Below the pieces are notes generated by a model. It searched no databases. It was given only the letters and a program-made list of their open reading frames with translations, and had not been told where the DNA came from. Made by a program: the position numbers and the translations under genes. Below, piece after piece: positions 9,415 through 20,049 of a stretch of DNA of 64,000 nt (the stretch's first letter is position 1; each line of letters opens with the position of its first letter). The stretch comes from Antedon mediterranea (Eukaryota > Animalia > Echinodermata). The DNA lies in the NCBI RefSeq assembly GCF_964355755.1, contig NC_092673.1, forward strand, positions 14,728,948 through 14,792,947, given 5' to 3'.

Positions 9415-9635
9415 GTGTGCATATGAATTTTAAAGATTATGTTAGTAATTAATATTTTTCGAAAAAAAAAAAATAAATAAACAGAAATTAATACAACAAC
9501 AAAAACGAGCCAAAGTTTCTTTGATTTTTATTCATTTATTTATTTTATATAAGTCTAATAATATTAATAGACTAAAATCATAGCATGCAATTACATTTTT
9601 TTTTTTTTGTTTAGCTTTTCTTTCGTTGGGTGTTT

Positions 9636-10540
9636 TCATAGATAATTTCTGAGGTCGACAAACTCGTCTATCTCTATGTCGTATTCGCTCACCCGTAACC
9701 ACGTAACCATCCGTGCAGAAGCATCAACTTCAGCATGACGCTGCGGTCATAGCGACATGTATCGATCTGAAGCGAAGAGAAATGAAATATCGACTGATGA
9801 GGTTCCACGGCGGCCACCAGCTTCCGTGATTCGAAATCCATGTTCTCGATGTGGAGAGTCCAGCGTGTTCTTTTTTTGCGGACGACGACGTCGTCGAATG
9901 ACAGTTTCGTGCACCCCGTCAGCTTGACCAACCTCAAGTTTTCGTTCGAGTTCATGAGTTCGTCGAAGAAAGCGTCGGAAATTTCGGAATCGTGTATCTC
10001 TATCCTGGTCAGGTTCGTCAAACGTTCGAAAGGTAACGCGTCGACTTTGTCCAACGCGCCGTCTCTGACGTCCATCGCGAACCTTATTCCGGTCACTTGC
10101 GTAGGTTGGTTGGTGGAAGCAATTAACCTGGCCAGGCCCGGCTTGCTCAGTCGAGGTTTGGGCGAGAATTCTACGACTTCGAAATACGGCGTGATGTTGG
10201 TCGTGAGAAGGTACGAATCGTCCACCTCGCTCAGATCGAACGGTTCGGTCGTCTTCCAGCGATCGCTGACGGACGTCAAGTTCATGTGTCTCACCATGCA
10301 CTTGGCCCTGTTGGTTCCATCGTACTTTCGCAGCCACCTGTCGTAACCTTTGTCGTGATGACGCGTACGTTTGACGGAAACCGTGCAGCCGACAAACACC
10401 ACGTAGCGTAAGTGAGGTCTTTCGTCGTATCCTGTTGGGCCTAAGGCCGAGACTAGCATTTTCAGCGACACCCTCATGCCGACGCATCTCAACGTCCAGG
10501 GTCGCACCTTTTGGACAAATCTCGTATATTCACCGAGGTC
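9636..10540 (-). pseudogene. Third, divergent F-box/LRR family paralogue; 5'-truncated at the retrotransposon junction, with an 8-bp duplication near the 3' end
   Basis: YVVFVGCTV, YDG and MNLTSVSDRWKTTE align with YVVLTDCKV, YDG and FNLTAVSSVWKETE of copies 1 and 2. The F-box part is missing. Removing one cgtaacca copy (9694-9709) restores GWLRVSEYDIEIDEFVDLRNYL-stop. Confidence 0.7.
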
Positions 10541-10815
10541 TGAAAGAAGAAGACTGAAGTAACAGAAGGAAGCCCAGTAAAGTTGGAGAAGATTTGCAAA
10601 GCTGACTTTGTAAACTATTTTTTATTTCGAAAGTAAATTTTTGTACGGAGCGAACTTGGAACGTTGTTTGTGACTTTGAAGTAAATTAATGTCTTATATT
10701 GTATTGCATTTAAGAATTTATGTGGATTTCATATTAATCAAGGTAATACAAATACTTTTATAACATATTTTGTATACATAAGTTTACATATTTCATTAGT
10801 AAAATTGTTATTAGC

Positions 10816-12666
10816 ATGACAACTTTAAGATCGGGTAAAAATATAGATAAGACTATGTCAGAAAAAGATACTAGGGAAGAGATGGTTGACCAAGAAGAGG
10901 TTGACCAAGTCAATGAAATGTATGATAACATGGCTAGGGATATTGATTTGCCCGAAATGTGACCCGGCGGTATGCCTAAAGATATGATGCTCGAATATTT
11001 TCGAATGAAGTTCGAGGCCGAGGCCGAAAACAAAAAGTTAGAATTACAATACCAACAAGACCAATTAAGATTAGAAGCAGATATAGAGAAAAAGAAAATA
11101 GATATAGAGCAAAGAAAAATTGAATCACAAGAAAGAGTGAAAATGATGGAATTAGAAAATAGGTCTAGCTACAATAATGCTAGGAATATAGTAGATGAAA
11201 TGAAGGTAAAGGTTCCTACTTTGAAGGAATCAGATGATATTGATATATATTTTAGAACATTTGAACACTTGGCAGAAGCCACAGGTTGGGATAAGAATAC
11301 GTGGTCCGCTAGGTTAGCACCTGAACTGTCTGGTAAAGCTAGGACAGCATATGCATCCTTAACCGTAAAAGAATGTGTAGATTATGATACCTTAAAGAAG
11401 GCAATCTTAGAAAAGTATGATGTGTCCGCAGAGACCTACAGACTTAAATTTAGAAATTCAAACAGAGTTAAAGATATGTCCATCAGAGAATGGCTGAATG
11501 AGCTCTCCCATTATTTAAAATGTTGGATGAAATGTGCTAATGTAAAAGAAGATGATGCTGCAGGCATTATTGAAATGATTATAATGGAACAGGCACTTGA
11601 TAAAATGCCTGAAGATCTGAGGCTTTATCTTAGAGATAAACAAGTAAATAAGAGCTATGATATGGCTAGGATAGCCGATGATTATATAGCTAATAGAGGT
11701 GGCCGTGGCTATTGGAATGCCGTAAATTCTGAAAATAAGCCTACGTATTATAAGGGCCAAGAAAACAGTAAACCCAAGAATAGTACGACTCAGAATAACC
11801 CTGGAGCTAGGCAGCAAGGATACAATAGGTATCGCGGAAGGGGAGGCAAATTCCATAACTATGGTAGAAATTTCCAACAGAGAGAACCTTCAAATGAATG
11901 GATTAATGGCCTATGCTTCAATTGTAAGGAGAAGGGACATAAAATAGGGGATTGTCCTAAGATGGTAGCAAAAGGAAAGACTAGTGACACTAAGAAGGGC
12001 CCGAATGTGAAAGATGGCTTAAGATGTGAAGAAATAAAATCCGATAGACCCCAAGTAGTTATGGATAGTGTAGAAAATAAAATGGAGAAGTGTACAATAC
12101 CAGGAAAATTAGAAGGACTGGATATAACTATGCTAAGAGACTCGGGATGTACCCAGTCAGCTGTTAAGGAAAGTCTAGTGCCAAACAAATGTTACTTGCC
12201 AGGAAAATGGGTTACGTTAAGAGGTATAGGAGGCGATATTACCGTCCCCTTAGCTGAGGTAGCTATAGAAAGTAAGATAATGACAGGAAAAGTGATTGTA
12301 GCCGTAATCGAAGGATTACAGAGGGACATGTTATTGGGTCATGATTTGGACCAGAATTGTGGGGAAACAATGGCTAAAGAAATGTTCGTCCTAACTAGGG
12401 AGCAAGCCAGAATAGAAAATGATGTTAGAATACAAGACGAAATGATATTGTTAGGGAAAGATAGTAACTTTAAGCCGATAGAAGAGCCGCCTAAAGAAAC
12501 TAATGTACAATTGTTGAAAACAGTAGTAAATGACAACAGAGTAAATAAAACTAAGTGTTTAGATGATATGAATGGAACAGAAATGAATAATTTGTTTGAC
12601 GAAAATGAGGATAAAGCTAAAGATAAAACAGTCAAACATAAACTTATGAACAACAGCACAAGCTGA
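10816..12666 (+). pseudogene. gag: Retrotransposon gag-protease, disrupted
   Basis: Starts MTTLRSGK at 10816; in-frame TGA at 10960-10962; CFNCKEKGHKIGDC zinc knuckle; LRDSGC protease active site; frameshift to pol near 12640-12665. Confidence 0.85.
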
Positions 12667-12692
12667 ACCTAACTAAACAAGAACTGATCAAA

Positions 12693-15473
12693 TTGCAAAC
12701 TAAGGATGACTCACTCAAAGGAGTGTTTGACAGGGTAGTCCCTATAGAAGAAATAGGTCAGCATAGGGTGTGTTTCTTTATGAGACAAGGTATATTGATG
12801 AGAAATTGGAGTAGTATTAAAGATAAGAATAACCAAGTGGAACAGATTGTATTACCCACTCAGTGTAGACAGGGTGTATTACACTTAGGTCATAATGTGC
12901 CATTTGCAGGTCACATGTGTGTTGAGAAAACTAAAAGTAGGGTCCTGAACCAATTCTATTGGCCAGGTATATTTAAAGATGTGGTAGTCTATTGTAAAGT
13001 CTGTAAGGAATGCCAAAAGGTAGATAAGGGTAAAAGTAAAAGGAAACATACTTTGATACCATTACCGATTATAAGTACACCATTTAAACGTATAGCGATA
13101 GACATCGTTGGACCCTTATCTAGAACAAGCCGTAATAACAAATATATGCTTACTATAATTGACTATGCTACGAGATATCCGGATGCTATCCCGTTACCCA
13201 ATGTTAGAGCTGAAACAGTAGCCAGGGCTCTAATAGAAGTCTTTACTAGAGTAGGATTACCCGAAGAGATTGTACATGATCAAGGAACTAATTTCATGTC
13301 TTCAATTATGCAATCTATATGTAGTATGTTGGGGATTAATCAATTAAAGACTACAGTGTACCACCCCCAAAGCAATGGGCTTGTTGAAAGATTTCACGGT
13401 ACATTGAAAAATATGATAAGGACACTTACAGTAAAGCAAAGAAAAAATTGGGATAACTACATACCCCCCTTTCTGTTTGCATACAGAGAAGTTCCTAGTA
13501 AAGCGACGGGCCATTCACCTTTTAAATTGCTTTATGGTAGAGAGGTGAGGGGACCCTTGAGTTTACTCAAAAGTAATTGGGTAGAAGATGAAGAAACATC
13601 TACTGATGTTATCAAATACATGTTAGAAATAAGAGAAAAAATGGAGGAATTAATGAAAGATGCTAATGTAAACAAACTTGAACAACAAGAAATTATGTCC
13701 CACAATTATAACAAGAATGCTATTGATAGAGAATTTGTAGAAGGGGACAAAGTGTTGATATTCCTTCCAGTAGGAATTAGTAAGTTAGACAGTAAATGGC
13801 AAGGCCCCTTCACTGTTACAAAAAAGGTCAATGATGTAAATTATGAAATATACATAAGAGGAAGAAGAAAAGAAAAACAAATTCTACATGTTAATATGTT
13901 AAAGAGATGGTATGATAAAGTAGAAATAAGTAAAGATGGTTATTATGTAGTAACAAATGTTCAGTCGATAGAAGAAGTAGACTTAAATAAAACAGTCCAT
14001 GACAATGAGTTAGATAGTGAAATAGACATAGGATTGTCTTATCATCAATCACAAACATGGAGAGATGTTAACGTTAGTAGTAATTTAAATGATACACAAA
14101 CTAAACAATTAACAGAATTGTTAAAGTACCAACAGAATGTATTCTCGGATGTACCAGGTAGAACTCACTTAGTGACACATGAAATTAAGACTAATGGTGA
14201 AATGCCTATAAGGCATAGGGCATATAGAACGCCCCAAGCATTAAAGGGTAAATTGAAAGAGGAATTAGAAAGTATGTTGGCTATGAGTATAATAGAACCT
14301 ACTGTTAGTGCCTATGCTGCACCTATTATTGCCCTGAAGAAAGGCCAGAATCAAATTAGAATGGTGACAGATTTTAGATCACTAAATAAGACTACACAAT
14401 TTGACCCTTATGTTATTCCTCGCATAGACGAAATGTTGGATGAGGTATCATCCGCAATATACATAACTACGTTAGATCTAACTAAAGGATTTTACCAGGT
14501 GCCTCTGGATCCTAAGACCAAAGACAAATCAGCATTTATTACACAATTTGGACAGTATTGTTACAATGTACTTCCATTTGGTATGCAAAATAGCTCTAGT
14601 ACTTTCCAAAGATTAATGGATAAGGTATTACAAGGTACTGAGGGATATGCTAAGGCATATATAGATGACATATGTATTTATAGTCAAACTTGGAAAGATC
14701 ATATTTTTCATTTGAATGATGTATTAGAAAGATTAAGTAGTGCTGGATTGACAGCAAAGCCTTTGAAATGTAAAATTGCCTATGCACAGGTAGAATTTCT
14801 GGGGCATAAGATTGGTAATGGAGAAATTAGACTCATGATTGATAAGGTTGAGGCTCTGGAAAAGTTCCCCAGACCTTTGTCTAAGAAACAAGTCCGATCA
14901 TTTCTCGGATTAACTGGCTATTACAGAAAATTTGTACAGAACTATGCCGATATTGCTAAACCATTGATTGATTTAACTTTAAAGAGTAAAAGTAATACCG
15001 TTAAGTGGAATGAACAATGTGAAAATGCCTTTGTAACTTTAAAGAAACGACTTACTGATGATAATGTATTAAAAGCCCCAAATTTTGATAAGAAGTTTTT
15101 ATTGCAAACCGATGCCTCAAATTATGGCATAGGTGCAGTGCTGAGCCAAATAGATGGTGAGGGTAATGATTATCCCATTGTGTACTTAAGTAGAAAGTTA
15201 TCTGTACATGAGCAGAAATATTCTGTGCCAGAAAAAGAGTGCCTCTCTATTATTTGGGCTATCAATAAACTTAAGTATTATCTGTATGGTTGTGAATTTC
15301 AAGTTCATACTGACCACCAGGCATTGAGATGGATGGACTCAATGAAGGGTGCCAATGTTAGACTTATGAGATGGGCTCTGTTTTTAAAAGGATATAAATT
15401 TAAAGTTATTTACAAGAAAGGATCATTAAATGGAAATGCAGATGGATTAAGCCGTGCAAAAATAATATTATAG
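12693..15473 (+). CDS. pol: Retrotransposon pol: integrase (HHCC, DDE, GPF) - reverse transcriptase - RNase H
   Basis: H..PFAGH...CKEC; IDIVGP, DQGTNF, GLVERF; WQGPF; LDLTKGF, PFG, YIDD; TDAS, EKE, TDH, ADGLSR. Confidence 0.93.
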   Translation: MQTKDDSLKGVFDRVVPIEEIGQHRVCFFMRQGILMRNWSSIKDKNNQVEQIVLPTQCRQGVLHLGHNVPFAGHMCVEKTKSRVLNQFYWPGIFKDVVVYCKVCKECQKVDKGKSKRKHTLIPLPIISTPFKRIAIDIVGPLSRTSRNNKYMLTIIDYATRYPDAIPLPNVRAETVARALIEVFTRVGLPEEIVHDQGTNFMSSIMQSICSMLGINQLKTTVYHPQSNGLVERFHGTLKNMIRTLTVKQRKNWDNYIPPFLFAYREVPSKATGHSPFKLLYGREVRGPLSLLKSNWVEDEETSTDVIKYMLEIREKMEELMKDANVNKLEQQEIMSHNYNKNAIDREFVEGDKVLIFLPVGISKLDSKWQGPFTVTKKVNDVNYEIYIRGRRKEKQILHVNMLKRWYDKVEISKDGYYVVTNVQSIEEVDLNKTVHDNELDSEIDIGLSYHQSQTWRDVNVSSNLNDTQTKQLTELLKYQQNVFSDVPGRTHLVTHEIKTNGEMPIRHRAYRTPQALKGKLKEELESMLAMSIIEPTVSAYAAPIIALKKGQNQIRMVTDFRSLNKTTQFDPYVIPRIDEMLDEVSSAIYITTLDLTKGFYQVPLDPKTKDKSAFITQFGQYCYNVLPFGMQNSSSTFQRLMDKVLQGTEGYAKAYIDDICIYSQTWKDHIFHLNDVLERLSSAGLTAKPLKCKIAYAQVEFLGHKIGNGEIRLMIDKVEALEKFPRPLSKKQVRSFLGLTGYYRKFVQNYADIAKPLIDLTLKSKSNTVKWNEQCENAFVTLKKRLTDDNVLKAPNFDKKFLLQTDASNYGIGAVLSQIDGEGNDYPIVYLSRKLSVHEQKYSVPEKECLSIIWAINKLKYYLYGCEFQVHTDHQALRWMDSMKGANVRLMRWALFLKGYKFKVIYKKGSLNGNADGLSRAKIIL

Positions 15474-15562
15474 AGGTGTTATTTGTAGATAGTTTATAGT
15501 AAAATGGTTTTAAATGTTAAATTTTGGAAAGATTGACACAATCTTTTTCCCAAAAAGGGGAA

Positions 15563-15900
15563 TGTCATATTATTTATGTTGTGATTCTCTGTGTTTAGAG
15601 AAGGATGCTTTAGACCAGGTCCGCCTTATATTATTAGCCAATCAAAATCTTATGATTTTTGGAGGGAAAATGTTATCCTCCTCTGAAGCCTAAAATTTGC
15701 ATATCCAGTATAAAAGTGGAATGTAATAGATATTAGAGAAGAAGAGAGAATAAGATCAGATTAGATAAACGAAAAGATGATAAAGAGAATATTAAGGCTT
15801 GACTGGTAGTGGTAGAAAGATGTATTAATCGAATTACAAGGAATAAAAGTTCTATTTGAGAGTTAAATATACCTTTTGTATGAGTTATCATTCAGTGACA
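15563..15900 (+). repeat. 3' LTR (338 bp)
   Basis: Preceded by the polypurine tract aaaaaggggaa; begins TGTCA and ends TGACA; internal TATAAAA (~15709) and AATAAA (~15842). Confidence 0.88.
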
Positions 15901-15960
15901 GCTGTGTACGTCGCGTGGAAATATATACGCCTGAGAAAGCTCGGAACCAACTAAAATAAA
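15901..15960 (+). pseudogene. Probable 3' remnant of a viral membrane-protein gene interrupted by the LTR element
   Basis: Reads AVYVAWKYIRLRKLGTN-stop followed immediately by AATAAA; CpG-rich like the viral block. Confidence 0.45.
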
Positions 15961-15969
15961 TTCACTACA

Positions 15970-16851
15970 ACAAGCTATTGCTGTAATGCCACAATCAACA
16001 CATCAATTAATAGTTGAAAATAAATTGTCAACAATAATGCAGAAATTCAATGAAATATACTAGTAATTAACTCATTTTTTACTGTACTGTACTGTAAATC
16101 TTCACACATTAAAATTATGGTGATTTTATCTCATGTACTGTAGTAGTATTTTTTATTTATTTAATGCTGTATACAAATGTTATTGCTCGAATTATGAAAA
16201 CTATACAACATTTTAAAAGCTGGAAAACAACCAACACATTTGCCTAATGCTTTATGATAGTCATCCAATATTTATCTTGTGTTCCACTACCGAGTCTACT
16301 GCCAGTTGCCTTTAAAATGCTGTATGGGTGTAACTTCTGTTCCAGTCTTCATTAGCTTAAGTCTATAAATTGAAAAACAATGATGTATAAATACAAAAGT
16401 CAAATAGAAAAGTTAAATATTTCACAATTTATTGCATACATATAATTATTATTTCTGTACATGAATCTGAAGTTTTCAATTTGGGGTACTAATGTACAGT
16501 AAGGAATCCCTGAAAAGTGCATCTCCTCCCTAAAAAAGGCCTAGTCTAATTACTAGTGTTTTCGTTTTGGTTGCTATCAACAACAATCTATTCTACCGTC
16601 AACTTCTTTGGTACTGTATGCTGATCATTTTCCAAATGTTCGTTTTTGTCATCAGTTAGTCTTTTTTAGACTTTAAAATTAATTCGAGCTCCAAATGTAT
16701 ATCAGTGGTACATCAACATAGTAGGCCTATTTCCTGTAGCTAGTTGTGGAGTGATGGCTTAGCTAGGTGAGTACGACATATATGACCTAGCTAGGCCTCA
16801 AAGTGGGTTCCCGTCTACTTTTCTGACCCGATTATCTGCCTGCCTACAGCT
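15970..16851 (+). repeat. Direct copy of 27297-28190 (interior of the Kolobok-like element)
   Basis: Near-identical sequence from acaagctattgctgtaatgcc to tgcctgcctacagct. Confidence 0.9.
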
Positions 16852-17277
16852 CTCCTTCTGAAAGTACTTATAAGTCCTAATTTTAAAGTGTGGTGTTCAG
16901 GATAAAGTTAGTCAACAAATTTGGAGTCAAAATACAAGAAAGGCAGGTGCGTAAGAAAAACAGCCTCTGAAGCAACACAATGGAGTAAATATATACCAAC
17001 AAACAACCCGTCAAGTTTGTTTGTTGTAAAGAAAAAATATACATTTACTCAACGGGCGAAAATAATGTGAGTTTATCTATGTTTTGCGGTAGTATTAAAT
17101 TATATTTATGGTAATAAATGAAACCTACTGTGTTTAAAATTATGTATGGATAAACAAGTATTGTTTTTAAGCTGTAGTATATCTTAGTATTTGTAATCTT
17201 AGGTGTTGGGTCTTAGCTTTCGTGATCTTAGGTCTTAGGGGGTCTGAGCTTTCGTGGTCTGAGCTTTCGTGACACCC
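16852..17277 (-). mobile_element. Half copy (one TIR) of the MITE at 28628-29710, inverted
   Basis: Reverse complement of 28628-29053, ending in the TIR ...gctttcgtgacaccc. Confidence 0.85.
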
Positions 17278-18120
17278 CCCAAAGAAAGCTTAGACCCACA
17301 AGAATAAAGAATGTGTATAATTTGTGTACTGTATTTTTTTAATTCTGCTATTTTATTATCAAACAATATGCATGTAATCAAAGGAACTGCGCGTATATGA
17401 ACACTAGAATAGACATGGGTTTAGAGAATAGCAATTAGGCCTAATTATAGTATCAATAGAAACTATAATTTTAACACGTAATTCTTTAGTAATAAATTAT
17501 ATTAAACACACCATAAACTAAAGGCTTATTATTTCGACAATCCACACAAAACGCCGCTATTCTATTATGAAATCGCACGCGGCAACCACAGCGGAGATAG
17601 ACCTAGAATCGTACCGCACTTGTGTAAACTACTGTAATCACTTATTGTTGCTATACGCTTGGGTGCACACGGAACAAGAAAATTTAACTGATGAATTATT
17701 CATGTTTATTTTGTGACGTTTCATGAGGGGGTCCCCAACTTATGTACGAAAAAAAAAAATCGCGGCCTGTTTACGAACAGCAAGTATCCGGATAACTTGT
17801 CATCTTTTGGGGTCATTAATCATGCTTTAACGACCCTTAATGACTTTTTTGAGTACTACCACCTGGGTTATCCGGACCAACCTCAGCCCGGCAAATTTGG
17901 AGGGTTGGCTTGTCCTCAGGGGAGTTGAAGGCGACCTTGCTGGATTAAACAATGTATTTTATGAGATAATCACGCAAATCAGGCTGAAAATAAGGCCATG
18001 AGTAGCCGGATACCTAGAAGTCTGTAAACGGTGGGGAGAATTTTGATTTAGCCTTGTCAGGAGAGACCTCTGGCATATCCAGATACTTTAAATGTTCATA
18101 AACACAACCTTTGTTGTTAT

Positions 18121-18578
18121 ACCAAAGATTGTATAGCGCCGCTACGCGTCGCAAGATAGGTAACTGTTGCCAAGCTCCTATCTTATAACACTACGCGCCC
18201 AGTAAATCCATGGACGCCATTCGGGCGGACAGGTTATTATTGTGATTTAAATGTAAATGGTTTAAACTTTGCGGTCCGCCTCGAAGTATCTGTGGTTAAC
18301 CATCTTGATGAATGATTCATGGAAAAGGGAAGAAATTATGTAAACAAAGTAAAATAAAAGTTTCTTTGGGATCTGGACACTTACCGATTAATTCTGTGTG
18401 TTTACATTGATACGTTTGGTTAGACAACTTCGTTCTTTAACCAAAACATCGTGGATATTGCCTTGACAACGACTTTATTTCGGTTCAAATTTGTCCGCCG
18501 GAATGGCGTCCATGGATTACAAATGTTTCACCCAGTTACCTATCTTGCGCCGCTACGCGGCGCTATACAATCTTTGGT
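18121..18578. mobile_element. MITE with long terminal inverted repeats
   Basis: accaaagattgtatagcgccg...caagataggtaactg pairs with cagttacctatcttg...cgctatacaatctttggt; possible TAT target duplication. Confidence 0.75.
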
Positions 18579-18699
18579 TATACAACACACTTCTCGTAGG
18601 CGTGTAGAATATGCATGTAATGCGTGTTGTATAAACGCGCCCTTTGACGCGATGGTAGCAGCAAAACTGTAAACTTACATGGAACAAACCTGACCTGAC

Positions 18700-19575
18700 A
18701 ACCTTGAGACAGGATACAAATGCCTATCCTGCACCAATTCAACACATTTAAGATGAACTTCCTTATTATAAATAGTTCATAATTGTAAACTTAATGGTCT
18801 TGTTCAGGAAGTGAGGTTTATAAAGGAAACATCTGAAAATAATATTTTACAGTAACAGATACTAAGTATGTTAACTAATTTTTTGCCTGTTCATCTTCAA
18901 GAATTGTGAATGTATGAATTGTTTAATTAATACAAATTACAAGCTAAAATCGGCGAAAATGATGAATTATGAAATGAATTGTATAGCATTGTCAAACCTA
19001 TTAAAAAGTCAACCACGGATCTAGATGTACGAATAATAACACAGACAAGTATAGCCATCCATTAACAACATTTACATTCGGAATTAAATTGTAAAGTATA
19101 TATTATCGTTGGATAATATATAGAATGGGGGCGTAAATATTTGCAACAATGAATAATTGTTCTGAAAGATATTTTCACGTAAATTTCTTTCCTATTACTA
19201 TACCGGAAATGTTGTCTATTAACAATCTCCTACAATGTACTACAATGGGTACTGACATTTATTGACGCATTCTCAATTAAAATATGATGTAAAATAGTGT
19301 TAAATGAACCGGGGAAATCGATAAAGATAGACCATTAACATAACTTTGTTTGGATCAAGGCGTTGGTAAATATTATGGAGAAAAGAATTAACAGCATCGT
19401 TGAGCTCTAGATGCAAATTGGTTCTTATCTAGGCTACATTACAAATGTTTCCTTGAGTCTTGATACATTCAATCGTTTTAAACATTAAATTAGAAGTATT
19501 TGTAACCGGCTTAAAATCTGTTGGTACACTGGGTCTATTTACTTTTGGCAATGGGTTGATAATATAAATATACGC
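18700..19575 (-). mobile_element. Degenerate LINE reverse-transcriptase fragment
   Basis: IINPLPKVNRPSVPTDFKPVTNTS resembles the LINE RT motif IIPxPK...DxRPIxLTS, followed by decayed DAV and FIDF..FNT motifs. Boundaries approximate. Confidence 0.55.
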
Positions 19576-19810
19576 GTGGAACAGTAGGCCTACCACTAAT
19601 AAAAAATACTTGAAAATATAAGTGAAAATCGGACATAATTGCATATTGCACACTTTCAAAATTCTAATTTCCTTTTGTTTTCGATTTAATAAAAAAAAAA
19701 TGAACGGACATAAAATAACATTCTGAGGCACTGTAAAAAAACCTGCATGAATAAAAAAAACCTAAATATTGTACATAATATAAAAGTTTCCAACCAGGGC
19801 GCGGCCAAAT

Positions 19811-20032
<222 letters not shown>

Positions 20033-20049
20033 ATTTTTTTTACCTTTTC

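Larger units (their letters stand above)
1..10540. mobile_element. Endogenous large dsDNA virus segment, herpes-like (Duplodnaviria); runs off the left edge of the window
   Basis: Densely packed, apparently intronless ORFs on both strands with overlaps (5992-6076; ATGA at 8771-8774). Coding DNA is CpG-rich and contrasts sharply with the AT-rich host DNA after 16 kb. Short poly-A/T spacers carry AATAAA. Contains an assemblin-like protease-scaffold, a CARD-only gene and F-box paralogues. Confidence 0.8.
10545..15900 (+). mobile_element. Gmr1-clade Ty3/Gypsy LTR retrotransposon, lacking its 5' LTR and PBS
   Basis: Gag with CCHC knuckle, DSG protease, then integrase before RT and RNase H. Gypsy-type RT (PFG..N, YIDD), PPT and one LTR. 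Left boundary approximate (10510-10545). Confidence 0.9.

Noticed and set aside
1-10540. Bacterial or prophage contamination, suggested by dense ORFs and a prohead-type protease
   Set aside because: F-box and CARD genes, AATAAA signals, TATA/microsatellite spacers and a nested animal retrotransposon indicate a eukaryotic virus. I saw no consistent Shine-Dalgarno pattern.
12630-12693. Programmed gag-pol frameshift
   Set aside because: No clear slippery heptamer, and the element has another inactivating stop, so a mutational indel is more likely.
12693-15473. Ty1/Copia assignment because integrase precedes RT
   Set aside because: The RT, RNase H and GPF motifs are Gypsy-type; this domain order is the known Gmr1 arrangement.
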